From positions 48,361,597 through 48,398,513 of the forward strand of contig NC_068983.1 in assembly GCF_001194135.2 (NCBI RefSeq): a DNA stretch of 36,917 nt, written 5' to 3'. The position numbers and the translations under genes are program-made. Below are positions 34,471 to 36,917 of the stretch, one piece after another. The stretch is from Octopus bimaculoides (taxonomy: Eukaryota). A model generated the notes under the pieces. The model was not told the origin of the DNA and did no database searches. It saw nothing but the letters and a program-made list of their open reading frames with translations. Positions within the stretch are counted from its first letter, which is position 1, and each line of letters begins with the position of its first letter.

Positions 34471-35670
34471 TTTAAGGGGAGTGAGACCTAGTAAATCCGC
34501 CTACTTTATCATGTAGGGAGCAGCATGCTAGACACCAAAGGCATTATTTCTATTCCCCTTACGCTTATTCATTTGTTGATAAAATAAAATAGCAATTGGG
34601 TGTCGTATGCTAGTTTGGTTTAATAGAATGCATTCTAGATATCAATGAAATAATGATATAAAACTAGAGTATGCCCACATATCAAAATGGAGAAAAACAA
34701 ACCAAAACGAACAAGAAAAAACAAAATCAAGCGAAACATAGATTACATGACAACGAAGATGATGACAACTGAAAACCTCCCATCTTATGTAAACTATAAT
34801 TCAATATATAGCCGCAAAGTAAAGCAGTCCCTAGAGTCCGCACATAATAAAATAGAGAACAATATCGTACAGCACACCGGAAAGAATAACAGACGACAAT
34901 AAGCAGACGAAACAAACAATGAAAGAGAAACTTAGCGAAAACAAAGCCGCAAGTTATGAATGTAGAGATATTGCCGGAAAATGATAGCCAAATATAACCG
35001 AAGTTTTCAAGAAATACTTTCCACATCAGAAAGCCTGAACATTGAATCACCAAATAAAATAATGCGTTTAATAGCCGTAGCAGTAAAGAGGAAATCTAGG
35101 TTATGTATAACAAAACATTGCTTTTCTTTAAAAATAACAATGTTGACAAAAAAACAGGAAAAGTTTCACGAACATAAAATGAGAGAATATGAATATAAAA
35201 TACAGAATCGACAATATCAGAAGAATCGTAATAGAATTTGACGAAGAATAGCAAATAAAAATGTACTTCTTCAGCACGTGCTCAACTGGAGGAATTCTGT
35301 TGCATGATCTACTATGTAAGGGCCTTTGGACACACAACATTGTAGCTTTTAGAGGATTTTGATTGAAATCTGAGACAGAAGTCGTATGGAAGTCCTGTAT
35401 GTATGTATGTATGTATGTATGTATGTAGCATAAATTTTTACAAATGTCATACCCAAGGGAGATAATCATCAAAGTTCTGTTACTCCGGAGTTGTCTCTCT
35501 CGATTTCTTGTTTTTCTTTACCGAAAAACCTTGCCGGGTTATTTTATTAATTTTCGTGTTTTAATCCAAAATGGAAACGAACACTAATTTTTCTATGTGA
35601 TCAGCTTGAGAATGTTGCGATATTTCTTAGCATGGAACCAATGGGAGCCTTACTAGAAAAATAAGGTATA

Positions 35671-35802
35671 AACATACATACGTATATACATACATACATA
35701 CATACATACATACATACATACATACATACATACATACATACAAACATATATATTTATATATATATATATATATCTTCAAATTGTACATACGGAAAATTCA
35801 TT

Positions 35803-35838
<36 letters not shown>

Positions 35839-35853
35839 ACACACACACTCACA

Positions 35854-35905
<52 letters not shown>
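35671..35905. repeat. (ACAT)n, (TA)n and (CA)n microsatellites
   Basis: Directly visible. Confidence 0.95.
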
Positions 35906-35908
<3 letters not shown>

Positions 35909-36321
35909 GTGAGAAAGTTGGTATGTGAAAGCACGAGGTTGGATGCATAAAAGATAAAAAAGTGAAAAAAACTACAGATGGCTTGTGTTATATGGTTGAA
36001 GTATATATTTAAATCGTTAGGTTAGAAAAATGTTAGAAACATTGTTTTTGGAGAAATCTCTCGAAAAACAATGCTTCTATACTCAAAATTTTATAAGTGA
36101 ATGAAAGACTACGCGCGTTTCATGGCCATGTAAAAGTGGAAAATATCTGGTCAATCTACAATGAATCGATCAAGATAAATACCACTCATAATGAGGACAC
36201 TCTTCAGGTCATGTAACTTCAAAAAATGTATCCTAATATTTAAAAATGCGATAAAATAAGAAAAGTAGAAAAATGTGTACGTTTAAGCAAAATTTAGTAC
36301 AATAAATAAATGTCAAGGTTT

Positions 36322-36374
<53 letters not shown>
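36322..36374. repeat. (AAT)n microsatellite
   Basis: Directly visible. Confidence 0.95.
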
Positions 36375-36375
<1 letters not shown>

Positions 36376-36685
36376 CATCTGTCAAGTTAAATGCATACAA
36401 CTTTTATTGGAGAAATCATTTCTGTAGATTAGGAAAAATAAAACATACAAAGATAGTGTAATTAACTATTAAATGGATTAAGACGTTCAAGAGTATTAGG
36501 AAAAAGAACAGCATCACTTAACTTAACGAAGATTCTTTGTTGACTGTCAACAAATCGCACGTAGACTTTCATTCACTTTCGTTTTTAGTATTTTACGTAA
36601 CTGATTAAAAATTTTAGTCTAATGTTTTATAGATTTTTAAACTAGTATTTTGTATAGTAAGCTTTACTTGATGGTGTCTAGTCTC

Positions 36686-36727
<42 letters not shown>

Positions 36728-36733
36728 GTATAT

Positions 36734-36917
36734 GGGGTGGAATTCGCAAAAACACAAAAGACGAAGACAGGTGGTGTAGAAAACAAACAGATGTATTAGT
36801 ATAACACTCGGGAAGTCTTTAACGTTTCGAACCTACGCCCTTCCACAAAAAGGAACACAAAGAGAAACAAGGAGAGAAACACGGAGAGAAAAAAAGGAGA
36901 AAAAGAACAATGTGTAG
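36734..36917 (-). mobile_element. Putative Penelope-like terminal fragment next to a (CA)/(TA) tract
   Basis: Minus strand TTGTGGAAGGGCGTAGGTTCGAAACGTTAAAGAC has the same topology as the 20036 hammerhead motif but a degenerate core. It runs off the window end. Confidence 0.4.

Noticed and set aside
34100-35250. A-rich short ORFs faintly resembling R4-type ORF segments
   Set aside because: Similarity is limited to K/R/Q/N composition; no diagnostic motif.
1-36917. CRISPR array or prokaryotic operon
   Set aside because: No regularly spaced direct repeats with unique spacers, and no dense coding; the content is eukaryotic repeats.

Overview
AT-rich, repeat-saturated eukaryotic scaffold with nine N-gaps (796-942, 3501-3510, 5161-5811, 6768-7116, 10393-10588, 12617-13205, 13847-13880, 25165-25950, 27445-27788). 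Most gaps abut (TA)n or (CA)n tracts. The SINE families and microsatellite load look like an octopus (coleoid cephalopod) genome; this is inference from memory of those repeats, not a search. No intact host gene, rRNA, tRNA or CRISPR array can be supported, and most ORF-track entries are microsatellite or gap artefacts. The window holds three tRNA-derived SINE families (my labels A, B, C), a decayed DD37D (maT-type) Tc1/mariner transposon, and LINE remnants of RTE, CR1/L2, R4/Dong-like and HERO-like type. It also holds a Helentron-associated (HINE/pearl-like) fragment and four foldback/MITE-like inverted repeats, three of them packed into 2950-5068. The best lead is a tRNA-headed SINE-like element (19893-20129) whose tail folds into a minimal, dimer-type hammerhead ribozyme like those of Penelope-like elements; a degenerate second motif lies at 36816-36852. 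Other leads are a recurring dimeric SINE, a near-perfect 491-bp TTAA-flanked palindrome and a possible vWA-like exon on the minus strand. All family assignments are from motif recognition only.
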